A stretch of 63,733 nucleotides of DNA, counting the filler, from Sphingomonadaceae bacterium (GTDB lineage: Bacteria; Chloroflexota; UBA6077), in the NCBI GenBank assembly GCA_050261575.1. It is 8 parts of 8 records of this genome, joined end to end, with 100 filler letters (N's around TTAATTAATTAA, not from the genome) between each part and the next. Parts side by side here need not be neighbours in the genome. Positions count along the whole stretch, not along the records: positions 37,086 to 47,585 come from JBLNDL010000061.1; positions 47,686 to 51,077 come from JBLNDL010000064.1; 6 more parts are not named here. One strand, given 5' to 3'. This document shows positions 39,381 through 49,439 of this stretch, in pieces. The notes beneath the pieces are model-generated. The model ran no database searches. It was not told the DNA's origin and saw nothing but the letters and a program-made list of their open reading frames with translations. The position numbers and the translations under genes are program-made. Within the stretch, counting starts at the first letter, position 1, and the number at the start of each line of letters is the position of its first letter.

Positions 39381-41636
39381 ATGATGCGGCTGACCCGCGG
39401 ACCGCAGGAGGGTTGGTCCGCGTTGCTGCTGTTGCTGGCCGTGGTTCTGTGCCCTGCCATCTCCCTGGCAGAGGCTGGCTGGGTGGATGGCCTCGCGGTT
39501 ATCCCGTGGCTTGCCCTCGCCTCAGCCCTCTTGGGCTTCATCCTGGCCAAGCTGCCCGTCCGCGGGCCGGTGGCTCACCTCTTCGCCACCGAGATCGGCC
39601 TGATAGGGCTGGGCTTCTACTTCGCGGCGATGGGATCTGGGCGAGACTGGGAGGAGCGCTTCCTGTGGCTGGGTGGTCGCATCTGGGCGTGGCTGGAGGT
39701 GGTCTTTGGCGGGGGGATGGGCAACGACAACCTGCTCTTCACCCTGCTCATGGCCGTCCTCGTCTGGTTCTTGGGGTACGCCTCGGCCTGGTTCACCTTC
39801 CGTCGGCACGGCGTGTGGCCGCCGGTCGTTGCGTGCGCTTCGGTTCTTCTGCTGAATCTCTCTTACGGGGCGCCCAACCAGGTAACCAGCCTGATCGTCC
39901 AGTTGATGGCGTCGCTGCTCCTGCTGATACGGATCACCTTGTATCAGAAGGAGAGGGACTGGGCCAGGGCGGATTCCGAGTACCAAGGAGGGCTCGTCCG
40001 GAGTTCGCTGTGGGGTAGCACCCTCCTATCGGGGGCCCTGCTCGCCTTCGTCTGGGTGCTGCCCATCGGCAGCGTCAACGCCGCGGTCGCGGAGAACTGG
40101 TATCAGATCACTGGCCCCTGGCAGGGGCTGCAAGTGGAGTTCGACCGGCTCTTCGCCTCGATCGGCAGCTCGTCCGGCAAGGTGGAGGGTAACCGCTTCT
40201 CCAAGGCATTGGCGCTCAAGGGTGCCATCGAGCTCGGCACTGAGCCGGTGATGGTGGTATCCTCGCCCTTGCCCGAGTATTGGGCGGCTCAGAGCTACGA
40301 CGAGTACACCGGGCACGGATGGATCAGTTCAGCCGACCAATCGACGCGGCTGGACGCCAACGACCAGCGATTGGCGGCGACCAGCAGCTACTCGGGGCGG
40401 TTGGACGTGGAGCAGCGGTTCAAGCTGCTGGCCGGCAGGACGAGCACCGTCTTCGCAGCCACCTCGCCGGTGAAGCTCAGTCTCGCGGTGTACGCGGACC
40501 ACTTCGGCGACCTCGAGCAGGTGGGTGCCCTGCGCTCCACCATCCCGTTGCGATCGGGGCAGCAGTACGCCGTCATCTCGTCGGTCTCCGTGGCCACGGT
40601 GGAACGGCTCCGGTCCGCGGGCACCGAGTATCCCGAGTGGACGGGGCGCTACCTGGCACTGCCCAGGAACTCCCTCCGTCGGGTAGCCAGCCTGGCCCGT
40701 AGGATCACGAGCGGTACGTCCAATCCCTACGACGCCGCCGTCGCCCTGGAGGATTACCTGCGGGGCTTCCGGTACGAGATCAAGGTGGCCACGCCCCCGC
40801 CGGAGAGAGACGCAGTGGACTGGTTCCTCTTCACTGCTAAGGAGGGCTACTGCGACTACTTCGCCTCGGCCATGGCGGTCATGGCCAGGTCGATCGGTAT
40901 CCCGGCCAGGGTGGTGAGCGGCTACAACACCGGCACCCTGAACGAGCGCTCTAGCCTCTACGAGGTCAGGCAGGAGAACGCTCACTCGTGGCCGGAGTTG
41001 TTCTTCCCAAGATACGGTTGGGTGCGCTTCGAGCCCACGCCCTCCCAGCCGGTGCCCGAGCGATTCGAGCTGACGCTGGATCGGCCTGAGTCCGCTGACT
41101 TGACGATGGAGGACGGCAGCCCGTGGGATCTCGAAATCGCCCCGACTGACAGAGAGAAGCTGCTCTACAGCGACAGCTTCGATCTCGGCATCGAGACGGG
41201 GGCAGGCGACACTCGAAGCAGCGAGACCTCATCCGTCGAGGTTCCACGGCCGGTGATGCCGCTGGCTGTGGGGGGCGTCCTGTTGGGGGCCTGGGGCATC
41301 TGGCGGGTGCTCCTGTCGCGGCTTAGCCCCAGCGGGCGCGCCTACCTCCAGATGTACTGGGTCGCCGGCCTGCTGGGCTGGCGGCTGCGGCCCTCCTATA
41401 CGCCTGGCGAGTACGCCAGGGTGCTGGGCAGAGCCGCGGCGGCGTTGGAGCCGGAGGTAGAGGCCGTGGCCGACTCCTACGCGGAGGCGACCTACGGGAG
41501 GCCGGAACCCGCCACCGAGAAGAAGGCGGAGCGCTCCTGGCGGCGCATCCGGTGGAGGCTCCCGCTGGAGCTGCTGAAGCGAGCCGTGGGACGTCGGCTT
41601 CCGGCCTTCAGGCGCTGGCGCAGCGACGAGGGCTGA
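39381..41636 (+). CDS. Membrane transglutaminase-like protein (TgpA-type; DUF3488/TGase/DUF4129)
   Basis: Multiple TMs; GYCDYFASAMAVMARSIGIPARVVSGY, AHSWPE, GWVRFEPTP. Confidence 0.92.
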   Translation: MMRLTRGPQEGWSALLLLLAVVLCPAISLAEAGWVDGLAVIPWLALASALLGFILAKLPVRGPVAHLFATEIGLIGLGFYFAAMGSGRDWEERFLWLGGRIWAWLEVVFGGGMGNDNLLFTLLMAVLVWFLGYASAWFTFRRHGVWPPVVACASVLLLNLSYGAPNQVTSLIVQLMASLLLLIRITLYQKERDWARADSEYQGGLVRSSLWGSTLLSGALLAFVWVLPIGSVNAAVAENWYQITGPWQGLQVEFDRLFASIGSSSGKVEGNRFSKALALKGAIELGTEPVMVVSSPLPEYWAAQSYDEYTGHGWISSADQSTRLDANDQRLAATSSYSGRLDVEQRFKLLAGRTSTVFAATSPVKLSLAVYADHFGDLEQVGALRSTIPLRSGQQYAVISSVSVATVERLRSAGTEYPEWTGRYLALPRNSLRRVASLARRITSGTSNPYDAAVALEDYLRGFRYEIKVATPPPERDAVDWFLFTAKEGYCDYFASAMAVMARSIGIPARVVSGYNTGTLNERSSLYEVRQENAHSWPELFFPRYGWVRFEPTPSQPVPERFELTLDRPESADLTMEDGSPWDLEIAPTDREKLLYSDSFDLGIETGAGDTRSSETSSVEVPRPVMPLAVGGVLLGAWGIWRVLLSRLSPSGRAYLQMYWVAGLLGWRLRPSYTPGEYARVLGRAAAALEPEVEAVADSYAEATYGRPEPATEKKAERSWRRIRWRLPLELLKRAVGRRLPAFRRWRSDEG

Positions 41637-41754
41637 ACGGCGCAACCGGTGAACCATCTGTACCATAGGTCTTTCCTCTCGATTCCAGCCGGTACGAACT
41701 GAACTCGACTGACGGCTGCCAACTGACCGCTGGCAGCCTGTCCGGAGGTTCCCT

Positions 41755-42297
41755 ATGCTCGAAGGAGAGAAGATCATCAAACCGGACCGGAGGCGACCGG
41801 AGCGTCGCCGCGACAGACTGGCCGCTCTGGGTGGCGTGGTAGCTCAGAACAGTTGGGAGGAGCGCCGCGTTCACTGTTGGGATCTGGACCCCGATTGCAC
41901 CGAGGAGCGCCGCAAGCAGTGCGCCGCCTACTTCGTGCGCCGCAACTGCTGGGACCTCTGGGCTGCCGAGTACTTCCCTCCTGGACGGAAGCCCTGCTGC
42001 CACGGTGAGCTGGATTGCGTTCGGTGCCCCGTGACGACCGCCAAGTTCGGCGGGACGATCTCGGTTCATGTGGCGGTACCACGCAGGGAAAGCGGTCGAC
42101 GCGGCGGCCGCCTGGCGGATCGGCCGGCTGCCTACTGCCCGCACCTCTACAGCATCAAGGAGGACTCCGACAGGGAAGAGGGCAAGCTGGTCTTCCGATG
42201 CCAGTTGCGAACGGGGGTTCGGCTGCATAGTAGCTACGTCTCGGAAGTCTGTGGCACCAGCGAATACGGGGAGTGCGCTTTTCAGGTTGCCGAATGA
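41755..42297 (+). CDS. Cys-rich protein with two CW motifs
   Basis: GGAGG RBS; HCWD..DC..QCAAY..NCWD..PCC..DCVRCPV, then a second Cys cluster YCPHL..FRC..VC..EC. Confidence 0.7.
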   Translation: MLEGEKIIKPDRRRPERRRDRLAALGGVVAQNSWEERRVHCWDLDPDCTEERRKQCAAYFVRRNCWDLWAAEYFPPGRKPCCHGELDCVRCPVTTAKFGGTISVHVAVPRRESGRRGGRLADRPAAYCPHLYSIKEDSDREEGKLVFRCQLRTGVRLHSSYVSEVCGTSEYGECAFQVAE

Positions 42298-42484
42298 GCA
42301 GACATTTGAGGCTCTCGGCTATTGCATGGCGACCACGTTTCATGTATATTCCAGTTCGGTGGTAGCGTTCGACCCCGGCTGAGCTCTGCGTGGTTCGCAC
42401 TCCGACTGTGGTAGTCCGACGAGGAACGTCTGCAACAGCTCGTGCCTGTGTCCATCCTGCAATGGGGTGAAGGAGGTATCTGGG

Positions 42485-42793
42485 GTGAGCTTTGTGGACA
42501 AGACCCTTCGGTGTCGGGAGTGCGGAAGAGACTTCGTGTTCACTGCTGGCGAGCAGGAGTTCTACCAGCTAAAGGGGTTGCTCAACGAGCCTGCCCGCTG
42601 TCCGGAGTGCCGAGCGGTGCGCAAGGCGCAGCGAATGAGTGGCGATGGGACCGCCGGTGGGCCGCGCACCCGCGAAATGCACCCCGCCGTGTGCGCAGAG
42701 TGTGGCGCCCAGACGCTCGTCCCCTTCCTGCCTCGGGGCGACAAGCCCGTGTACTGCAGCACCTGCTTCGATCGAGTGCGAGCCGGCCGTTAG
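42485..42793 (+). CDS. Zinc-ribbon / CxxC-x17-CxxC domain protein
   Basis: DKTLRCRECGRDFVFTAGEQEFY..PARCPECR and CAECG..VPFLPRGDKPVYCSTCF; AAGGAGG RBS. Confidence 0.92.
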   Translation: MSFVDKTLRCRECGRDFVFTAGEQEFYQLKGLLNEPARCPECRAVRKAQRMSGDGTAGGPRTREMHPAVCAECGAQTLVPFLPRGDKPVYCSTCFDRVRAGR

Positions 42794-42800
42794 TGGCCGA

Positions 42801-42833
42801 GAAGGGGGGCGGGCTTGGCCCCGCCCCCCTTTC
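42801..42833 (+). terminator. Terminator hairpin between convergent genes
   Basis: GAAGGGGGGCGGG...CCCGCCCCCCTTTC. Confidence 0.6.
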
Positions 42834-42989
42834 GCTTGGCTCGCTATTCTCGGCGGGTCGATCTACGCCGTACCTGCGGCGGTCGTCTCCGCTCGACCCA
42901 TGCCCCCCATTTCGAGGAACGTCCCCGACCAGCGTGCGTTGCTCGGCAGCTACCTTGCCCCGAGAGAAGCTTACACCCCGAGGGTGCGG

Positions 42990-44225
42990 CTACAGCCCAA
43001 GCTCCGTCGTGAGGTGGCGCAGGAAGCCCTCGGTGTCCGCCACCAAGCCGATGGCCTGGAAGCTGCCTCTGTCCGCCAGCTTCGTGGCGACAGCCGGATT
43101 GATATCCACGCATACGGTGGTCACGTTGGCCGGCAGCAGGTTCCCCACGGCGATCGAGTGCAGCATGGTGGAGATCATCAGCACCAGGTCGACACCCCTC
43201 TGAATCACCTCTCGCATCTTCCTCTGGGCCTCTATCACGTCGGTGATCACGTCGGGCAGTGGGCCATCGTCTCGAATGGACCCCGCAAGCACGAACTCCA
43301 CCCCGTGCTTCACGCAACTGTACATGATCCCCTTGGTGAGTATCCCCTGCTCCACTGCCGCCCTTATGCTGCCGGCGCGTCGGATGCGGTTGATGGCTCG
43401 CAGGTGGTGCTGGTGGCCGCCCTCCATGGGGGTGCCCTCCGAGAGGGAGATGCCGAGCGAGGTCCCGAAGAACGCGGCCTCTATGTCGTGGGTGGCCAGG
43501 GCGTTGCCCGCGAACAGGTAGTCGATGTAGCCCGCTTCGATCAGCTTTGCCATCAGCGGGGCGGCTCCGGTGTGGGCGACTGCCGGACCGGACACCACCA
43601 GGGTCTTTCCTCCTTTGGCCTTGATGGCCCTCATCTGGGAGGCGATCTCCCGAATCAGGATGGCCTTGGGCTTCTCGCTGGAGACCGCGCTCCCCATGAA
43701 GGAGAAGACCTCCTTCTCCTCCCGGCTGCGCTCCAGCGGGATCACCCGGATCCCCTGGTGGCCCACAACCACTTGCTCGCCCTTCTTCACGTCTGAGATG
43801 GGACAGTTGCGGGCTGTGCCGGCCTCCCAGTCCACCACGATCCCCAGGTCCATCTCCGGATGAGCCACGGGCACCCATCCCCCGTTCAGCCGCACCAGGG
43901 TCTCCAGGTTGGTGGTGGAGTAGAAGCCCTCGGGGAAAACCCCGTCGGCGGGGGCGGGCTCGGTGTGCACCTGCTCGACCGCGTGCACGACAGCGCCGAG
44001 ACGGCGGGCCTGCCGCACCAGGAGGTCCAGCAGCTCCGGCGACCCCGCCCTGATCTCCAGTCGGGCGTAGCTCGTCTCCGTCTTTCGGCGTCCGACCCGA
44101 ATCTCTTGGACGTCGAAGTCGCCGCCCCGATCCATGACGGCGTCCATGATCTGAGGCAGGATCATCGAGTCGATGATGTGGCCTTCCAGCTCGATGACCT
44201 GAGTATAGAGCTGCTGTTGGTTCAT
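42990..44225 (-). CDS. TIGR00300 family protein (LOR/SDH-domain, AgrE/ArgZ-C-type ornithine cyclodeaminase-like)
   Basis: IELEGHIIDS, FYSTTN, FSFMGSAVSSEKP, GNALATHDIE, LAGSIRDDGPLP, CVDINP..KLADRGS. Confidence 0.88.
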   Translation of the reverse strand: MNQQQLYTQVIELEGHIIDSMILPQIMDAVMDRGGDFDVQEIRVGRRKTETSYARLEIRAGSPELLDLLVRQARRLGAVVHAVEQVHTEPAPADGVFPEGFYSTTNLETLVRLNGGWVPVAHPEMDLGIVVDWEAGTARNCPISDVKKGEQVVVGHQGIRVIPLERSREEKEVFSFMGSAVSSEKPKAILIREIASQMRAIKAKGGKTLVVSGPAVAHTGAAPLMAKLIEAGYIDYLFAGNALATHDIEAAFFGTSLGISLSEGTPMEGGHQHHLRAINRIRRAGSIRAAVEQGILTKGIMYSCVKHGVEFVLAGSIRDDGPLPDVITDVIEAQRKMREVIQRGVDLVLMISTMLHSIAVGNLLPANVTTVCVDINPAVATKLADRGSFQAIGLVADTEGFLRHLTTELGL

Positions 44226-44466
44226 GCTGCCTCCGTCTGTCCGTTTCGTTCTACACCCGGCACGAGCGGCGGGGTGCAAGAGGGCCGCTTGGATTATAGC
44301 ACCGAGACGGGTTCGGCGGCCGGATCGACTCGGGCTCACGGCCACCTAGACTCCTGAACCTCCTTCTTGCCATGCCTCCGCTGGATGGACTAATCTGTGT
44401 GTGCCACGGCCCGATCGCGGCCGGTTGGCGGCTAGCTTTCACGAATCGATATGGAAGAGGTGCGCC

Positions 44467-45480
44467 ATGAAGGCGATCGTCTGGCATGGGGCCTTCGACG
44501 TCCGTTTCGAGGACGTGCCGGTCCCCACGCCCCAGCAGGGCGAAGCCCTCCTTCGGGTCGGCTATGCCGGTGTTTGCGGATCGGACCTCACCATCTACGC
44601 CGGAAAGCACTGGAGATCGACCCCTCCGATGATCATGGGGCACGAGTTCGCGGGGGAGATCGTCGAGATCCGGGGCGAGGCGACCAGTCTGAAGGTGGGC
44701 GATCGGGTGGCGGTGGAGCCCCTGCTCGCCTGCGGCCACTGCCACGTGTGCAGGGAGGGCGCCTACCACGTTTGCCAGAGTCTTCGGTTGATCGGGGTGG
44801 ACGTGGACGGCGGGTTCGCCGAGTACGTCAAGGCCCCGCTGGAGCGGATCTACCCCTTGCCCGTCGGGACCCCCATGGAGAGGGCCGCCATGGTGGAGCC
44901 TGCCTCGGTCGCAGTCCACGACGTCCGCCGCTCTCGCCTCCAGTTGGGGGACCATGCGGTGGTGCTGGGCGGGGGCCCCATCGGCCTGCTGGTGGCCCAG
45001 GTAGCCAGGCTTGTCAGCTCCCGGCCGGTGGATCTGGTGGAGGTGAGCGACTGGCGTCTGGACTTGGCCCGCAAGATGGGGTTCGACCCGATCGACGCCA
45101 AGCGGGTGGACGTGACGGAGGAGGTGCTCCGCCGCACCGGAGGGAAAGGGGCGGACATCCTGTTCGATGCGGCAGGGGCCGCCGCCACCGCCGACAAGCT
45201 CGCGGCCCTCACGCGCATCCACGGACAGGTGGTGATAGTGGCGATGCCCAAGGAGCACCACCCTGTAGATCTCGCCGCTTTCGCCCTGCGGGAGATCGAC
45301 CTCACCGGCTGCCGGGTCTACAACTACCGCGACTACCGCACCGCCATCGATCTGATAGCCTCGGGGAAGATCGACGTCGAGTCGATGGTCTCCCACGTGA
45401 TGCCGCTGGAACGGGGCAAGGAGGCGTTGGATCTGGCCCGCAAGGGCGACGCCTCGATGAAGGTGCTGCTGAAACCGTGA
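44467..45480 (+). CDS. Zn-dependent MDR dehydrogenase (sorbitol/threonine DH-like), copy 1
   Basis: GVCGSD, GHEFAG, CGHCHVC..C, GGGPIG. Confidence 0.92.
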   Translation: MKAIVWHGAFDVRFEDVPVPTPQQGEALLRVGYAGVCGSDLTIYAGKHWRSTPPMIMGHEFAGEIVEIRGEATSLKVGDRVAVEPLLACGHCHVCREGAYHVCQSLRLIGVDVDGGFAEYVKAPLERIYPLPVGTPMERAAMVEPASVAVHDVRRSRLQLGDHAVVLGGGPIGLLVAQVARLVSSRPVDLVEVSDWRLDLARKMGFDPIDAKRVDVTEEVLRRTGGKGADILFDAAGAAATADKLAALTRIHGQVVIVAMPKEHHPVDLAAFALREIDLTGCRVYNYRDYRTAIDLIASGKIDVESMVSHVMPLERGKEALDLARKGDASMKVLLKP

Positions 45481-45481
45481 T

Positions 45482-45548
45482 CCCCTCTCCCTCTGGGAGA
45501 GACCCACAGGCTTATCCCTCTCCCTCAGGGAGAGGGTCAGGGTGAGGG
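45482..45548. repeat. BoxC-like palindromic intergenic repeat
   Basis: Two CCCTCTCCCTC..GGGAGAG hairpins ending GGGTCAGGGTGAGGG. Confidence 0.55.
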
Positions 45549-45585
45549 CTGGAGAGTCAGCCCCCCATGAACGGAGGTGACTGAC

Positions 45586-46335
45586 ATGACAGGACTGGCG
45601 GGACAGACGGCGATCGTGGCGGGTGCCAGCAGCGGAATGGGAAGGGCCACGGCCCTAGCCCTGGCCAAGGCCGGTTGTCGGGTGCTGGCCGCGGCTCGTC
45701 GGGAGGAAGTGTTGCGAGAGCTGGCCGCGGAGGCAGCCGGGGCGGGTGGCGAGATCGTGGTGCAGAGGGCGGACGCGTCCAACAAGGCGGACGTGGAGGC
45801 GATGGTTCGTAAGGCCGTCGATCTCTTCGGCCGGGTGGACACCTTGGTGAACACAGTGGGCACCAACACCCCCAACCGGGCGCTCGCCCACCTCACGGAC
45901 GAGGACTGGCACCACCTCATAGACACCAATCTCCACGGGGCTTACTACATCACTCGGGCGATCCTGCCCCAGATGCGGCAGCAGGGCGGCGGGCTGATCA
46001 TCCATGTCACCTCCGTATCCGGCGCCTGGCCGGACTGGTCGGGAATAGCCTACCAGGCGGCCAAGCGAGGGGTCATCGGCTTAGCCCACGCCACCATGCT
46101 GGAGGAGCGGCTGAACGGGATCCGGGTCAGCGTGATCCTCCCTGGGCTGTGCGACACCCCGTTGATGGGGAAGCGGCGAGTTCCCCCCACTCGGGAGGTG
46201 CTGGATAGGGCGCTCCAGCCGGAGGACATCGCGGCGGCCTGCCTCTTCCTGGCGAGTCTGCCGTCCCGCACCTACGTACCGGAGTTGACGATCATGCCCG
46301 GCGGGCTCCAGTGCCTGGGGCAGACGGCGTCATAG
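45586..46335 (+). CDS. SDR family oxidoreductase
   Basis: AGASSGMG, YQAAK; GGAGG RBS. Confidence 0.9.
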   Translation: MTGLAGQTAIVAGASSGMGRATALALAKAGCRVLAAARREEVLRELAAEAAGAGGEIVVQRADASNKADVEAMVRKAVDLFGRVDTLVNTVGTNTPNRALAHLTDEDWHHLIDTNLHGAYYITRAILPQMRQQGGGLIIHVTSVSGAWPDWSGIAYQAAKRGVIGLAHATMLEERLNGIRVSVILPGLCDTPLMGKRRVPPTREVLDRALQPEDIAAACLFLASLPSRTYVPELTIMPGGLQCLGQTAS

Positions 46336-46556
46336 CGAGTGCTGGGGAGAGAGGACTGAGTTCCCTGGTGTAGGGCGGGCGAGACGCTGCGCCCACTCGC
46401 CTCGCGTGTCCCTTGCCGTCGGGTTCTTCGACGAGGGGTCGGCACCGGTGTAGGCGGGGGACGGGCGTGACAGCGAGGCCGTGCCTGCTCGCTCGAGTCA
46501 CGTGCCCCGCGCCTGGGACTTCTCAGGACCCAGAACGACCGGGTGGAGGTAAGAGG

Positions 46557-47570
46557 ATGAAGGCGGTGGTGTACCACGGGGCTTACAACGTCCGAATGGA
46601 GGATCGGCCGCTTCCCTCCCTGGACGAGGGCGAGGTCTTGATCAAGGTTGCCTACACCGGCATATGCGGTTCGGATGTCTCCATCTACATGGGGAAGCAT
46701 CCCAGAGCGGTGCCGCCGGTCATCATCGGCCACGAGTTCTCGGGCGAGGTGGTCGATCTGATGGCCCCGGGCTCGGGCTTGAATGTCGGTGACAGGGTGG
46801 CGGTGGAGCCACTCTTCAACTGTGGTGTCTGCTACGCCTGCGAGGATGGGGCCTACAACTCCTGCGTCAACCTGAAGATGCCCGGCCACAACACCGACGG
46901 CTCCTTCGCCGAGTATGCCAAGGCTCCAGCCAATCGGGTTCACAAGCTCCCTGAAGGGCTGTCGATGGAGATTGGCGCCACCGTGGAGCCCACCTCGGTG
47001 GCGGTCCACGCGGTGCGGCGCTCGCGTCTGAAGCTGGGCGATCGGGCGGTGGTCCTCGGCGCCGGCCCCATTGGCCTGCTGGTGGCCCAGGCCGCACGAC
47101 TCACGACGGAATTGCCCATCACCCTGGTGGAAGTGAGCGATTGGCGGCTGGAGCTGGCTCGCAGGTTGGGTTTCGACGTAGTCGACGCCAAGCAGGAGGA
47201 CATCCGGCAGGCGATCCTGGATCGCACCGGCGGCCGCGGGGCCGCCGTGGTCTTCGACGCGGCGGGCGCGGCGCCCCTCACGGAGCAGGTATCCACCTTC
47301 GTGAAGGTGCGTGGACAGATTGTTATGGTGGCGATGCCGAAGGAGCCACGCCCGGTGGATCTGGGTATCTTCGCGTTCAAGCAGGCGGAAATGGTGGGCT
47401 GTCGGGCCTTCACCAGCGGGGATTGTCGCGCCGCCATCGCCATGATGGCGGAAAAGAAGATCGACGTGGCCCCCCTCATCACCCACACCATGCCCCTGGA
47501 GCAGTTCCACGAGGGGTTGGAGATCGCCAAGAAGGCCGAGTCTTCCATGAAGATCCTGTTGAAACCGTGA
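46557..47570 (+). CDS. Zn-dependent MDR dehydrogenase, copy 2 (paralog of 44467-45480)
   Basis: GICGSD, GHEFSG, CGVCYAC..C, GAGPIG; colinear with copy 1. Confidence 0.92.
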   Translation: MKAVVYHGAYNVRMEDRPLPSLDEGEVLIKVAYTGICGSDVSIYMGKHPRAVPPVIIGHEFSGEVVDLMAPGSGLNVGDRVAVEPLFNCGVCYACEDGAYNSCVNLKMPGHNTDGSFAEYAKAPANRVHKLPEGLSMEIGATVEPTSVAVHAVRRSRLKLGDRAVVLGAGPIGLLVAQAARLTTELPITLVEVSDWRLELARRLGFDVVDAKQEDIRQAILDRTGGRGAAVVFDAAGAAPLTEQVSTFVKVRGQIVMVAMPKEPRPVDLGIFAFKQAEMVGCRAFTSGDCRAAIAMMAEKKIDVAPLITHTMPLEQFHEGLEIAKKAESSMKILLKP

Positions 47571-47585
47571 GAGACGAGCCTCTCC

Positions 47586-47685
47586 NNNNNNNNNNNNNNN
47601 NNNNNNNNNNNNNNNNNNNNNNNNNNNNNTTAATTAATTAANNNNNNNNNNNNNNNNNNNNNNNNNNNNNNNNNNNNNNNNNNNN
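47586..47685. other. Artificial contig linker
   Basis: N44-TTAATTAATTAA-N44. Confidence 0.98.
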
Positions 47686-48813
47686 CATCACGCCGAAGGT
47701 CGCGATGAGCGAGGTGGGGATGGAGATCAGGACGATCAGGGTGCTGCGCCAGGTGTGCAGGAAGAGCAGCAGCACCGCCGCCACGATGATCACCGCGTCC
47801 CGCAGGTTGTTCTCCACGCTGTGCAGTGCCTCCCGGACGAACTGGGCGGTGTTCATCACCGTGACGATCTGGACGCCAGGTGGAAGCGTGGGCGCCAGGC
47901 CCTTCACCATCTTCTGGACCCCTTCGGCCACTGAGACGGCGTTGGCGGTCTTCTGTTTGTTGATCAGGATCGCGACGCCCTCCTGGCCGTTGACCCGGGC
48001 GATGGACTCCTGCCTCTTGTAGCCATCCACGACAGTGGCCACGTCCTTCAGACGGACGATGCCTCTCCCCGGCGTGGTGGCTATGGTCAGGTCGCCAAGC
48101 CTGTCCAACTGCTGCACTAGCCCGTACACACGCAGGTTGTACTCTGTGTTCCCCTCGTGGACGTACCCGCTTGGAGCGGAGAGGTTGGCCGCCGCGAGCG
48201 CGGTGGTGACCTGATCCAGTGAGAGCCCACGGGCCTCGAGCTGCTGCCGGTCGACGGCCACCCGGATCTCCCGTTCGTTGCCGCCCATCACCTGGACCGA
48301 GGACACCCCCTCGACGGACTCGAGCCTCGGTCGGATCAGGTTGTCCACCAGTTGGTACAGCCCCTCCGGGTTCCGGTCCCACTGCGCACCCATGACGAGG
48401 ATGGGGTAGTCGGCCGGATCCTCCTTCATGATGCTGGGATCCAGGATGTCTTCGGGCAGGCTGGGGCGGATCTGGTTTACCCGACGCTCCACGTCCTGGA
48501 TGGCGGCGTCCGGATCGGTGCCGTCCCTGAACTCCATCAGGATCAGGGAGTAGTTGTCTCCGGATGTGGACATAAGGTTCTTGAGGTTTGGAGCGCCCGC
48601 GACGGCGTTCTCTATTGGCTTGGTGACCCTCTCTTCGACCTCGCGAGGTCCCGCGCCGGGATAGGAGACGAAGACGGCTACGTAAGGGAACTTGACGTTG
48701 GGAAGGAGGTCGACACCCAGGGAACTATACGCGACCGCACCTCCAAGCATGATGGCCAGGACTGCCATCACGATCAACAGGGGGCGCCGAATGGAGAGCG
48801 ACGTTAACCACAT
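47686..48813 (-). CDS. RND efflux permease (AcrB/SwrC-like), 5' part
   Basis: SIRRP, YPGAGPREVEERVTKPIE, VRLKDVA, LFLHTWRSTLIVLISIPTS; cut by contig end. Confidence 0.92.
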
Positions 48814-49051
48814 GTGCAAACCTCTGAAGCTCGCGACTCAGGCTGTTAAGTTGGACGTGTCACAGATACAAGGTTTTTCATCCTGCAATAGTCGATTGTA
48901 GGGGAGGTGGGAGCGGGAGGCAAGGCGAGGGGGGTGAAGTGCCGGGTCCTACGGCGCCCCCGATGGTACCTCCGCGGAGGCACGGAGAACACGGAGTAGT
49001 GTGTCGTCTATCTCGGTGCGCTCCGTGTCTCGGTGGTACTGAGAACTGCTC

Positions 49052-49297
49052 TCAGGCTCGGGCCTTGCTGGCGAGCCACAGGACAAGGGCGGCTAGAGCG
49101 ACTTCCCATACTGCGATGTAGCGGAGTGCCCCTGGGGAGAGCTTCTCGTACTCGCCCACCATCTGATTGACTGGCTCGGGAAAGTACCGCTGCAGGCCTC
49201 CTCGCCACAACTGGAATCCCAGACGTGGCTCGATGGTGTCCTTTATCCCATCCAGCAGCATCAGCCCGCCCAATGCGAAGCCGATTGTCCTTGCCAT
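49052..49297 (-). CDS. Small membrane protein (81 aa)
   Basis: AAAGGAG RBS; two hydrophobic segments. Confidence 0.65.
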   Translation of the reverse strand: MARTIGFALGGLMLLDGIKDTIEPRLGFQLWRGGLQRYFPEPVNQMVGEYEKLSPGALRYIAVWEVALAALVLWLASKARA

Positions 49298-49333
49298 CGC
49301 GGTGCTCCTTTCCAATGTACTGACGTCACCGGC

Positions 49334-49348
49334 GCACAAACCGGGCCA
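49334..49348 (-). promoter_or_regulatory. Putative sigma-54 promoter
   Basis: TGGCCCGGTTTGTGC, ~37 nt upstream of ATG 49297. Confidence 0.45.
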
Positions 49349-49439
49349 CGTATCTGGCCTGGCAGTAGGAGGGAATGGGGTGCCGAAGGCAGCAGGTGAC
49401 GTGATTCGCCGTCGGAGGTGGGCGCTGCGAGCCGTGGGA

